From Nocardioidaceae bacterium (GTDB lineage Bacteria; Actinomycetota; Actinomycetes; Propionibacteriales; Nocardioidaceae), in contig JAICWH010000002.1 in the NCBI GenBank assembly GCA_025934895.1, forward strand, positions 2,472 through 66,471: 64,000 nucleotides of DNA, written 5' to 3'. Positions within the stretch are counted from its first letter, which is position 1. Each line of letters begins with the position of its first letter. Both the position numbers and the translations under genes were made by a program. Under the pieces are notes generated by a model that was not told where the DNA came from, ran no database searches, and saw nothing but the letters and a program-made list of their open reading frames with translations. Of this stretch, positions 1 through 11,194 are shown one piece after another.

Positions 1-585
1 ACCGGCCGGGTCGCCGTCCCGCTCCTCGCCCGCGGCGTGCCGGTCGTCGGGGTCGAGCTCTCCGCGTCGATGGTGGCGCAGCTGCGACGCAAGGTCGACG
101 AGCCCACCCTCCCGGTCGTGGTCGGGGACATGGCGACCACCGAGGTCGCCGGGGCGTTCTCGCTCGTCTACCTCGTGTGGAACAGCATCTCCAACCTCTG
201 CACCCAGCGCGAACAGGTCGCATGCTTTCGCAACGCCGCCCGGCACCTGGCTCCGGGAGGACGGTTCGTCATCGAGCTCTGGGTCCCGCCGGTTCGCCGG
301 CTGCCTCCCGGACAGTCCGCCGTGCCGATGACGGTGACCGATGGGCACCTCGCCTTCGACACCTACGACCTCACCACCCAGCGATGCACCTCCCACCACT
401 ACCGGCGCGAGGCCGACGGGTCGACCCGCTACAGCCACGGCAGCTTCCGCTACATCTGGCCGGCCGAGTGCGACCTGATGGCCCAGCTGGCCGGGCTCGA
501 GCTCGAGCAGCGGTTCGCCGACTGGGACCGGAGCCCGTTCACCTCCGAGAGCGAGAGCCACGTCTCGGTCTGGCGCACGACCTAG
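1..585 (+). CDS. Class I SAM-dependent methyltransferase (5' truncated by window edge)
   Basis: Frame is open from base 1 (TGRVAVPLLARGVPVVGVELS = end of SAM motif I plus acidic motif II), then GDM and FSLVYLV..LAPGGRFVIE; stop TAG at 583-585. Confidence 0.85.
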   Translation, partial: TGRVAVPLLARGVPVVGVELSASMVAQLRRKVDEPTLPVVVGDMATTEVAGAFSLVYLVWNSISNLCTQREQVACFRNAARHLAPGGRFVIELWVPPVRRLPPGQSAVPMTVTDGHLAFDTYDLTTQRCTSHHYRREADGSTRYSHGSFRYIWPAECDLMAQLAGLELEQRFADWDRSPFTSESESHVSVWRTT

Positions 586-632
586 CTTCCTCGGCGCTGC
601 GCAGCTGCACCGCGACATGGCACCATCGATGG

Positions 633-1082
633 GTGACCAGCAGACCTCCCGAGAGTGAGCGCCTGCGTGACCTCGCCCGGCTGCGTCGGGTCCGGGACCG
701 CATCGACCGGGAGTACGCGCAGCCCTTGGACGTCGAGGCGCTCGCCCGTGGCGCGCACATGTCGGCCGGGCACCTGAGCCGCGCGTTCAAGCAGGCCTAC
801 GGTGAGTCGCCGTACGGCTATCTGATGACACGGCGTATCGAGCGCGCCATGGCACTGCTCCGCCAGGGCGACCTCAGCGTGACCGATGTCTGCTTCGCGG
901 TCGGCTGCTCCTCGCTGGGCACGTTCAGCACTCGCTTCTCCGAGCTGGTCGGGATGCCGCCCAGCGCCTACCGACGGGACACGGCGCGGTCCGGCGCGGG
1001 GCTGCCGTCGTGCATGGAGAAGCAGGTCAGCAGACCGGTCAGGAATCGAGAAGCCCGGCACCGCGAGCCGCACCTACCCTGA
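633..1082 (+). CDS. AraC-family HTH transcriptional regulator (DNA-binding domain only, ~149 aa)
   Basis: LARGAHMSAGHLSRAF..SPYGYL..RRIERAMALL..SVTDVCFAVGCSSLGTFSTRF; the 177 start in the ORF track looks like a spurious extension, GTG at 633 chosen. Confidence 0.9.
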   Translation: MTSRPPESERLRDLARLRRVRDRIDREYAQPLDVEALARGAHMSAGHLSRAFKQAYGESPYGYLMTRRIERAMALLRQGDLSVTDVCFAVGCSSLGTFSTRFSELVGMPPSAYRRDTARSGAGLPSCMEKQVSRPVRNREARHREPHLP

Positions 1083-1087
1083 GCGCC

Positions 1088-1494
1088 ATGGACATCACCA
1101 TTCACACCACCGTTCTTCCGCACGACGACCCGGACGCCTCCGTGGCGTTCTACCGGGACAACCTCGGCTTCGAGGTCCGCACCGACGTCGGGCAGGGGAG
1201 GATGCGCTGGATCACCGTCGGGGCGCCCGAGCAGCCGGACACGTCCATCCTCCTGGCGCCGCCGGCCGCCGACCCCGGCATCACCGAGGACGAGCGTCGC
1301 ACCATCGACGAGATGATGGCGAAGGGCACCTATGGCTGGATCCTGCTGGCCACCACGGACCTCGACGGCACCTTCGACAAGCTCCAGGCCACCGACGCCG
1401 AGGTCGTCCAGGAGCCGACCGAGCAGCCGTACGGCGTCCGTGACTGCGCCTTCCGCGACCCTGCGGGCAACATGGTCCGCATCCAAGAGGTGCA

Positions 1495-1498
<4 letters not shown>
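1088..1498 (+). CDS. VOC/glyoxalase family protein
   Basis: ASVAFYRDNLGFEV...EPTEQPYGVRDCAFRDPAGNMVRI; ATG at 1088. Confidence 0.9.
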
Positions 1499-3918
<2,420 letters not shown>

Positions 3919-3935
3919 CCCGCCTTGAGAGCCCG

Positions 3936-3963
3936 ATCGCCGATAATCTACATTATGTCAACT
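3936..3963. other. dif: dif-type XerC/XerD site-specific recombination site
   Basis: ATCGCCGATAA-TCTACA-TTATGTCAACT: 11-6-11 layout; right arm matches the E. coli XerD arm TTATGTTAAAT at 9/11; AT-rich island in very GC-rich DNA. Confidence 0.88.
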
Positions 3964-5837
3964 ACGGGCGGCCGGCAGCGGATGTTCCGGTAGACGTGCA
4001 CGCCGCGGCGCGCGGCGTCCGGGGCCACCGGCAGCTCCAGCAGGAAGCCCCGGTGCAGCTCGGACGCCGCCACGACGTAGCAGTCGGTGGCCGCCGGGAA
4101 CAGGTACATCCACTGCTGTCCGCGGTAGCCGTGGGAGCTGGAGTGGTGCCGGTCCAACCGCGCTGTGGCATGCATCCCGTTCCAGTCCAGCCCGGCGTTG
4201 ATGGCAGTAGCCGGTACACCTGCGTGCGTGAGCCGACGCGCGGCCTCCCACACCGCGTGGTCGCGACGGTCCGTGAGCAAGGTGTTCGTCACCGACAGCG
4301 TCAGCAGGATCGCGGCCAGGGCCGCGGCCACGGCGCCGTACACCAGGTGCGCGGGGCGCAGAGACAGTCCTCCTCCGCCCGCGGCCGAGCTCGCGTCCGG
4401 GGCACGGGCAGCCCTGACCGGGGTCAGCAGCAGCACGGCGAGGCCGGGAAGCATCGGGACGTGGTACCGGTCGACCTGGAACTGTCCTGCCAGGCACAGC
4501 ACCAGACCGAAGCAGGCCAGGAGCCCGGTGTAGGCAGCGAGCATCGTCACCGCCGGGTCCGCGGCCCGGGCCTTGGCGACCGCGGTCCTCGGCGTCCGCG
4601 GCGCACGCGCGCCGATCTCCCCGAGGAGCACGATGCCGGCGACGGCGCCCAGCACCTGGGCGATGTCCCACAGCCAGGGCTCGACCGACGACGGCGCATA
4701 TCCGACGGTGGCGACCCGGAACCCGCCCATGGCGGTGGTGTAGTTCGACAGCAGGACCCGTGGCAGGTGCGGCAGGTGGCCGCCGGCGAGCGCAGCCACC
4801 CCGCACACGCCGAGCACCCAGCCGCAGACCCGGCCTCGACCGGGCCTCCTGCGCCAGCCGTGCATCCGGGGAGGTGCCCCGCGAGCCGACCCGTCCGACG
4901 ACCGGCGCGACCACGCGCGCCACAGCGACCAACCGGACAGTGGCGAGAGGACCAGGCCCAGGGTGTACGGCACGCGCAGACCGCTGCGCCAGGTGCCGGC
5001 CGCGTGCAGACGGAGGCCGAACGGCGGGATGTCGGGGTGCCCGAGCTGGTGCCGCAGCTGCTCCAGGACCACGCAGGCGACCGCAGCGGCCACGGTGGCG
5101 GTCACCGCGAACCGCCGGAACCGCCGCCACCGCGGACCGGTCCCTCCGTGCACCAGGGCCCCGACGAGCACGGCGCCGAGACCGGCGACCGCCTGCTCGC
5201 GGATCGTGAAAGCGACGATCCCGGCCGCGACGGCCAGCAGGAACCGCGGTCTGCTCTGCTCGTCCACGGCCCGCGCAGCGACCAGCACCGTGAGCAGCGA
5301 CATCGCTGCCGCGGGCAGGTCGGTCATGAACGAGCTGGCCAGCAGCGGAAGCCCGGGCCACAGGGCCAGCACGACCGGCACGGCGACGGCACGGGCCGGA
5401 CCGACACACCGTCGGGCGACGGCGAACGCGCACCACATCCACAGTGCGGCGGCCGTGACGCCGTACAGCTTGAGGCTCGCCACGTGGTCCCCGAAGACGG
5501 TCAGGAACGGCTGCGCAGTGGCCAGCTGTCCGACCAGGAACATCTGTCCCCAGCCCTGCAACCGGAGGTGACCGGTGCGGTGCAGGTCGAACGCGGACCG
5601 CATGAAGGACCAGTCGTCGTTCTGTGGCAGCAGGGCTCCGGTGGCCACGCTGGCCACGAACGACGCGGCGGCCACGACGAGGATCACCAGCAGCGTCGCA
5701 CACTCAGGTAGCCGCCCCCGACGGTGAAGCCGCGCCGGTCCCGGGCGCGAGCCCGGCGCGTGGCTCGGAGCGGCCACGGCGATGTCTGCGTGCGCCCTCA
5801 GCGCGCGGGCCGGGTCACCGGCGCTCGTCCGAGGCAC
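3948..5837 (-). CDS. GT-C fold membrane glycosyltransferase (ArnT/PMT-like); start uncertain
   Basis: N-terminal TM followed by PQNDDWSF (acidic pair in first loop) and many TM segments; stop TAG lies inside the dif site. Confidence 0.65.
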   Translation of the reverse strand: MPRTSAGDPARALRAHADIAVAAPSHAPGSRPGPARLHRRGRLPECATLLVILVVAAASFVASVATGALLPQNDDWSFMRSAFDLHRTGHLRLQGWGQMFLVGQLATAQPFLTVFGDHVASLKLYGVTAAALWMWCAFAVARRCVGPARAVAVPVVLALWPGLPLLASSFMTDLPAAAMSLLTVLVAARAVDEQSRPRFLLAVAAGIVAFTIREQAVAGLGAVLVGALVHGGTGPRWRRFRRFAVTATVAAAVACVVLEQLRHQLGHPDIPPFGLRLHAAGTWRSGLRVPYTLGLVLSPLSGWSLWRAWSRRSSDGSARGAPPRMHGWRRRPGRGRVCGWVLGVCGVAALAGGHLPHLPRVLLSNYTTAMGGFRVATVGYAPSSVEPWLWDIAQVLGAVAGIVLLGEIGARAPRTPRTAVAKARAADPAVTMLAAYTGLLACFGLVLCLAGQFQVDRYHVPMLPGLAVLLLTPVRAARAPDASSAAGGGGLSLRPAHLVYGAVAAALAAILLTLSVTNTLLTDRRDHAVWEAARRLTHAGVPATAINAGLDWNGMHATARLDRHHSSSHGYRGQQWMYLFPAATDCYVVAASELHRGFLLELPVAPDAARRGVHVYRNIRCRPPVVDIM

Positions 5838-6062
5838 TTCTTACGTCGCCTCCCCACTTCGTTCGCATCCCGTACGCCGTGCCGCCCGGACCGGGCTGTT
5901 CGGGCGCCGGGCACTCGCCCGACTCCGGGATGCCCTCATCCTCCTGCACCGGGGGCTTGCGTGGTGCCCGAATCACCTGGGTCGACAGGTGCGTCCCCAG
6001 GGGACCAGATGTGAGTATCCGGGCTCACGACCTGGGTCCTCCGCACCCCTCACAGTGGAGGC

Positions 6063-6419
6063 ATGGAGATCTCGATGCCGCAGCCTCGTGCCAGGAACGT
6101 TCGGACCGCGTGCGTCGTGGCGCTGGCCAGCTTCGTCGGGTTCCTGGTCGTCCCCTCCGTGGTGCGACCGGTGCTGGTGGCCATGCTGGTGGCCTCCACG
6201 TTGGCCGTGGTGATTCTCGCGGCCAGGTGGATGCGGAGGCCGCCGGGCTCGCGCGCGCTCGGGTCGGTGGCCATCGCCTCCGCGGCCGGGCTGCCGGGCG
6301 CCGTGGCCTACCTCAGCTCACTCGCCGACGAACCAGCCGCCATCCCGATCGTCGGCACCCTGGTGCTGCTGCTCTCGCTGGTCGGGCTGATCGTGTCCGC
6401 CGCGGCCCTGCACGAGTGA
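6063..6419 (+). CDS. Small integral membrane protein (about 4 TM), function unknown
   Basis: 118 aa with hydrophobic stretches, GGAGG upstream, GC-rich third positions. Confidence 0.7.
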   Translation: MEISMPQPRARNVRTACVVALASFVGFLVVPSVVRPVLVAMLVASTLAVVILAARWMRRPPGSRALGSVAIASAAGLPGAVAYLSSLADEPAAIPIVGTLVLLLSLVGLIVSAAALHE

Positions 6420-6450
6420 CGGGCCGGACGCGTCCCGGCGCCGGCCACCC

Positions 6451-8835
6451 TCAGTCGTTCACCATCCGGGTCAGCCGCGCCCTGGCCTGCGCGCCCAGCT
6501 GCGACTGAGGGTCCAGGTCGAAGCGGACCGCGTGCACCGTCCCCTGGAAGGCGTTGTCCCGGGCCGGGTAGTCGTCGGTGACCGGGCTCCCCCGGTCCAC
6601 CCCGACGTTGAGCGTCTCGTCGAACGCGAAGTAGAAGGCCGTCGTCGCCGGCAGCTCCCCGGTGCCGACCTGCTCGCCGTCGACGACCAGCGTGATGCGG
6701 GCGGCGTCTCCCGGTGGGCCGCCGGCGTAGTCGAACCGCATCCGGACCTCGTGCCGTCCGGTGCCCAGCACCCGCTCGGCCCGCACCGTGGTGAGGTCAC
6801 GTCCGTGCAGGTTGTAGGCGTACGCCGGCCTGCCGCCGCGGCAGTACAGCGACCAGCCACCGAACCGGCCGCCCTGCGCGACCAGCACACCGTCATCGCC
6901 CTCGGTGGCCTCGAGCCGCACCGTGACGGTGTGCGAGCGGTTCTTGAGGTTGGGTGCGGCCTCCTCCGTCAGCCGTCCGGTGTGCGGCCCGAGCTCGATC
7001 GACGTACGGCCGTGGTGCAGGTCCAGACGCCCCGCGACCGCAGGGTTCTCGCGCTCGGTGACCCGGTCGTCGAGAGGGAACACCTGATGGCGTCCGGCCT
7101 CGATGACGAACAGCTCGCGCAGGGCTGCGAGCCGCTCGGGGTCGGCGTCCGCGAGATCGTGGGCCTGCGTCCAGTCGGTGGTGGTGTCGTAGAGCTCCCA
7201 GACGTCGTCCTCGAAGGGCCGGTCTCCCGCGTCGACCATCAGCCACGGGGTGCCGTGCCGGGTCACCGCGGTCCAGCCCTCGTGGTAGATCCCCCGGTTG
7301 CCGACCATCTCGAAGTACTGCGTCGTGCGCCGCTCCGCCGCGTCCGGGTCGTCGAAGCAGTAGCACATGCTGGTCCCCTCGATGACCTGCTGATCCACGC
7401 CGTTGACGAGGGTCGGGTGCGGCAGCCCGGCGGCCTCGAGCACGGTCGGGAGCACGTCGATCACGTGGTGCCACTGGTGGCGCACCACTCCCCTGGCCGC
7501 GATGCCGTTCGGCCAGTGCACGACGAGCCCGTCGCGGGTGCCGCCGTAGTGCGAGGCGACCTGCTTGGTCCACTGGTACGGCGTGTTCATCGCCAGCGCC
7601 CAGCCGACCGGGTAGATGCCGTAGGTCGTCTCGTCACCGAAGCTGTCCCGCGCCTCGTCCATGGAGGCGGTGTCGTCGGCGATGCCGTGCCCGACCAGGT
7701 GCTCGCGCAGGGTGCCCAGCGGCCCGCCCTCGCCGGACGCGCCGTTGTCGCCGAGCAGGTACAGCAGCAGGGTGTCCTCGAGCACCCCCATCTCCTCCAG
7801 CGCGGCGACCAGCCGCCCGACGTGGTGGTCGGCGTGCTCGGCGAACCCCGCGTAGGTCTCCATGAACCGCGCCGCCACCCGTCGCTCCACCGGGTCCAGC
7901 TCGTCCCAGTGCGGCACCCCGGCCGCCCACGGCGCCAGGTCGGCCCCGGTCGGCACGATCCCGAGCTGCTGCTGACGTCGGAGCGTCGCCTCCCGCTGGG
8001 CGTCCCAGCCGGCGTCGAAGCGCCCCTCGTACCTGTCCACCCAGGCGCGCGGCACGTGGAACGGCGCGTGCGTCGCCCCGAGCGCCAGGTAGGCGAAGAA
8101 CGGCTTGTCCGGCGTCAGCGCCTGCTGGGTGCGCACCCAGTCGACGGCATGGTCCACGAGGTCCTCGCTCAGGTGGTAGCCGTCGGCCGGGGTGCGGACC
8201 GGCTCGACCGGTGTCGTGCCGTCGTAGAGCTGCGGGTACCAGTGGTTCATCTCGGCGCCCATGAACCCGTAGAACGCGTCGAAGCCCTCGCCGGTCGGCC
8301 AGCGGGTGAACGGTCCCGAGGCGTTCACCTCCACCGGCGGCGTCTGGTGCCACTTCCCGAAGGCCGCCGTGCTGTAGCCGTTGCCGCCCAGGATCTGCGC
8401 CATCGTCGCAGCGCTCGCCGGCCGGTAGCCGCTGTAGCCCGGCTCCAGCGTGGACATCTCCGAGGTGACACCCATGCCGACGGAGTGGTGGTTGCGTCCG
8501 GTCATCAGTGCCGCCCGGGTCGGGGAGCACAGCGCCGTGACGTGGAAGCGGCTCATCCGCACTCCCCCGCCGGCCAGCCGATCGGCCGTCGGCATCCGGC
8601 ACGGGCCGCCGTACGCGCTGGAGGCCCCGAACCCCATGTCGTCGACCAGCACCACCAGCACGTTGGGCGCGCCGGCCGGGGGACGCACCGGCCGGATCGG
8701 CTCGCGCGCCTGCGTCAACGGCACCCCCCCGGTCGCCGCGACGGTGGGCTGCACCGTGGCCCGGGCGTCCGAGGTGGCGGTGCGTACGTCGACCGGCAGC
8801 ACGCTGCGGTCCGGTTCAGCACTCTGCTCATGCAC
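6451..8835 (-). CDS. Arylsulfatase (Cys-type, formylglycine-dependent); start uncertain
   Basis: PNVLVVLVDDMGFG, ALCSPTRAALMTGRNH (CxPxR), FGKWH, GDNG motifs. Confidence 0.9.
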   Translation of the reverse strand: MHEQSAEPDRSVLPVDVRTATSDARATVQPTVAATGGVPLTQAREPIRPVRPPAGAPNVLVVLVDDMGFGASSAYGGPCRMPTADRLAGGGVRMSRFHVTALCSPTRAALMTGRNHHSVGMGVTSEMSTLEPGYSGYRPASAATMAQILGGNGYSTAAFGKWHQTPPVEVNASGPFTRWPTGEGFDAFYGFMGAEMNHWYPQLYDGTTPVEPVRTPADGYHLSEDLVDHAVDWVRTQQALTPDKPFFAYLALGATHAPFHVPRAWVDRYEGRFDAGWDAQREATLRRQQQLGIVPTGADLAPWAAGVPHWDELDPVERRVAARFMETYAGFAEHADHHVGRLVAALEEMGVLEDTLLLYLLGDNGASGEGGPLGTLREHLVGHGIADDTASMDEARDSFGDETTYGIYPVGWALAMNTPYQWTKQVASHYGGTRDGLVVHWPNGIAARGVVRHQWHHVIDVLPTVLEAAGLPHPTLVNGVDQQVIEGTSMCYCFDDPDAAERRTTQYFEMVGNRGIYHEGWTAVTRHGTPWLMVDAGDRPFEDDVWELYDTTTDWTQAHDLADADPERLAALRELFVIEAGRHQVFPLDDRVTERENPAVAGRLDLHHGRTSIELGPHTGRLTEEAAPNLKNRSHTVTVRLEATEGDDGVLVAQGGRFGGWSLYCRGGRPAYAYNLHGRDLTTVRAERVLGTGRHEVRMRFDYAGGPPGDAARITLVVDGEQVGTGELPATTAFYFAFDETLNVGVDRGSPVTDDYPARDNAFQGTVHAVRFDLDPQSQLGAQARARLTRMVND

Positions 8836-9034
8836 CTGCTCATGGGACCACGCCGGAGGCTGCCGCACCCGCCTCGGCCGCGATCGGCACGCCGACGGCT
8901 CCCCGACACGCAGGCAGAGAACGACCTCTGAGCCACTCCCAGGCATCCGAGCACGCAGAGCGCGGTAGCGTGACACCCGTTCGACCCGCACACCGTGCAC
9001 AGGGGGCACCCATGGCAGAACCTCCCGTCATCGG

Positions 9035-10135
9035 GTGACCTCCACGACCGGCGGCATCGACCCGCCTCCAGCGCCGCGCACCGGAGAACCGGTGCTGGCC
9101 CGTGCCACCCCGTTCCTGCTGGTCGACCTCGAGCTGCTCACCGACAACATCCGCGCGATGGCACGGCTCGCCGCCGACCGGGGGCTGGCGCTGCGACCGC
9201 ACGTCAAGACGCACAAGTGCACACAGGTGGGACGGCTGCAGAAGGAGGCCGGCGCGGTCGGGCTGACGGTCGCCACCGTGGCCGAGGCGGAGGTCTTCGC
9301 CGCGGCCGGGTTCGACGACCTGTTCATCGCCTACCCGCTGTGGGTCGACCCGGCCAAGGGGCACCGGATCCGTGACCTGGCCACCCGAGCCGGCGTGCGG
9401 GTCGGCATCGACTCGCTCGAGGGAGCACGCGCGCTCGCCGCGCAGGTCCCGGGCTGTCCCGTGCTGATCGAGGTGGACTCCGGCCAACACCGCTCGGGGG
9501 TGCAGCCGGCGTCCGCCGGCGTGCTGGCCGAGTGCTCACAACGAGCCGGCCTCGACGTGCGCGGCTTGTTCACGTTCCCCGGCCACAGCTATGCCCCTGG
9601 AGCCGCCGCCACGGTGGCCGCTGAGGAAGCCGCCACCTTGCGTACGGCGGTCGAGTCCCTGGCGCAGCGCGGCATCGAGGCGCACGTGGTCAGCGGTGGC
9701 AGCACCCCGAGCGTGGCGGAGGCGGACGCCGAGGTGCTCACCGAGATCCGGCCGGGGGTCTATCCCTTCGGGGACGCCCAGCAGTGGGAGCTGATGACCA
9801 CGACCCCGGGCCGGATCGCCCTGACCTGCGTGGCCACGGTCGTCAGCCGGGCCGGGGGAAACGTCGTGCTGGATGCCGGCAGCAAGGCGCTCGGTGCGGA
9901 CCGCCCGGGCTACGCGTCCGGGTACGGCCGGCTGCTGGACCATCCCGACGCCCGGGTGGTGCTGCTCGCGGAGCATCACGCGGTGGTGACCTGGGACACC
10001 TCACCGCTCCCGACGCTGGGCAGCCGGCTGCGCGTCGTACCCAACCACGTGTGCACCGCGGTCAACCTCGCCGACGAGCTGGTGCTCCGGGACGGCAGCT
10101 CGTGGCCGGTGGCCGCCCGAGGAGCGAACACGTGA
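9035..10135 (+). CDS. PLP-dependent alanine-racemase-fold enzyme (D-threonine aldolase / D-serine dehydratase DSD1 family)
   Basis: LRPHVKTHK PLP-lysine motif, GGSTP, EIRPGVY, EHH, PNHVC. Confidence 0.88.
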   Translation: MTSTTGGIDPPPAPRTGEPVLARATPFLLVDLELLTDNIRAMARLAADRGLALRPHVKTHKCTQVGRLQKEAGAVGLTVATVAEAEVFAAAGFDDLFIAYPLWVDPAKGHRIRDLATRAGVRVGIDSLEGARALAAQVPGCPVLIEVDSGQHRSGVQPASAGVLAECSQRAGLDVRGLFTFPGHSYAPGAAATVAAEEAATLRTAVESLAQRGIEAHVVSGGSTPSVAEADAEVLTEIRPGVYPFGDAQQWELMTTTPGRIALTCVATVVSRAGGNVVLDAGSKALGADRPGYASGYGRLLDHPDARVVLLAEHHAVVTWDTSPLPTLGSRLRVVPNHVCTAVNLADELVLRDGSSWPVAARGANT

Positions 10136-10631
10136 CCGGGTTCGAGCTCGTGGTGCTCGACTGCGACGGCGTGCTCGTCGACACCGAGCGGCTCACCGTG
10201 CACGTGGAGGCGCGGGTGCTGATCGAGATGGGGTGGCCGCACACCACGCAGGAGGTGGTCGACCGCTGGATGGGACGCTCCTCGGCGGCCCAGCTGGTCG
10301 AGGTCGGTGCGCGGCTGGGGGCCGAGGCCGCTCGCCGCTTCGACGAGGTGATGACGGCCGAGCTGCTCGCGGCGTTGTGCCTCGCGGCAAGCCGGAGCCG
10401 GACCTGTTCCTGCACGCGGCACGCTCCATGGCGGTCGAGCCGTCACGGTGCGCGGTCGTCGAGGACAGCGTCCACGGCGTGCAGGCCGGGGTCGCCGCCG
10501 GCATGACCGTCTTCGGATTCGGCGGAGGGCTCAGCGCACCTGAGACCCTGCAGAGCGCCGGTGCGGTGGTCTTCGAGGCGATGACCGACCTGGCCGACCT
10601 GCTGCTGGTCGACGGCGTGCCGGACTGCTAG
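10132..10631 (+). pseudogene. HAD-superfamily hydrolase with internal deletion and frameshift near 10375
   Basis: Motif I DCDGVLVD in the frame starting at GTG 10132 (GAGGAG RBS); motifs III/IV RGKPEPDLF and VVEDS in a different frame; ~165 codons in total versus ~215-225 typical. Confidence 0.8.
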
Positions 10632-11194
10632 TGGTCGGTCCCGGCGCCCGCTGCGGCCGCCCCCGTCTCGGTGCTCGTCTCCGACGTGACGATCTCGCCA
10701 CCGGCGTTCTCCAGGTGGGCCCGGATGAACCAGTGGAACAGCTCCAGCTTCTCGAGGTGACCGATCAGCATGTCCTCGGTGACCGGGTCGAGGTCGCTGA
10801 TCGTGGCGACGGCGGCGCGGGTCTCCTCGATCACGCCGCGGTAGACCAGGTCCAGTGCGCCGAGGTGCTCCTGGGTGGTGGCCCGGCCGATGCTGTAGTC
10901 GTCCCAGGTGCGCTCGGCGACCAGGGAGCCGGGCGTGCCCTTCGGGGAGCCGCCCAAGGTGGCGATCCTCTCCGCGGTGTCGTCGGCCATCGCCCGCACC
11001 GCGTCCACCTGCGGGTCGATCATCTCGTGCACCGCGATGAAGTGCGGGCCGACGACGTTCCAGTGCACGTGCTTGAGGGTGAGCTGCAGGTCGTTGGTCG
11101 CGTGCAGCCGGGACTGCAGCAGAGCGATGACCTGCTCCGCATCGTCGGTGTCGATGCCGGGAACGGTGTACGTGACCCTACTCGTGGAAACCAT
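10628..11194 (-). CDS. dps: Dps DNA-protection ferritin-like protein
   Basis: LTLKHVHWNVVGPHFIAVHEMID..DDTAERIATLGG ferroxidase signature; ATG at 11194. Confidence 0.93.
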   Translation of the reverse strand: MVSTSRVTYTVPGIDTDDAEQVIALLQSRLHATNDLQLTLKHVHWNVVGPHFIAVHEMIDPQVDAVRAMADDTAERIATLGGSPKGTPGSLVAERTWDDYSIGRATTQEHLGALDLVYRGVIEETRAAVATISDLDPVTEDMLIGHLEKLELFHWFIRAHLENAGGEIVTSETSTETGAAAAGAGTDH

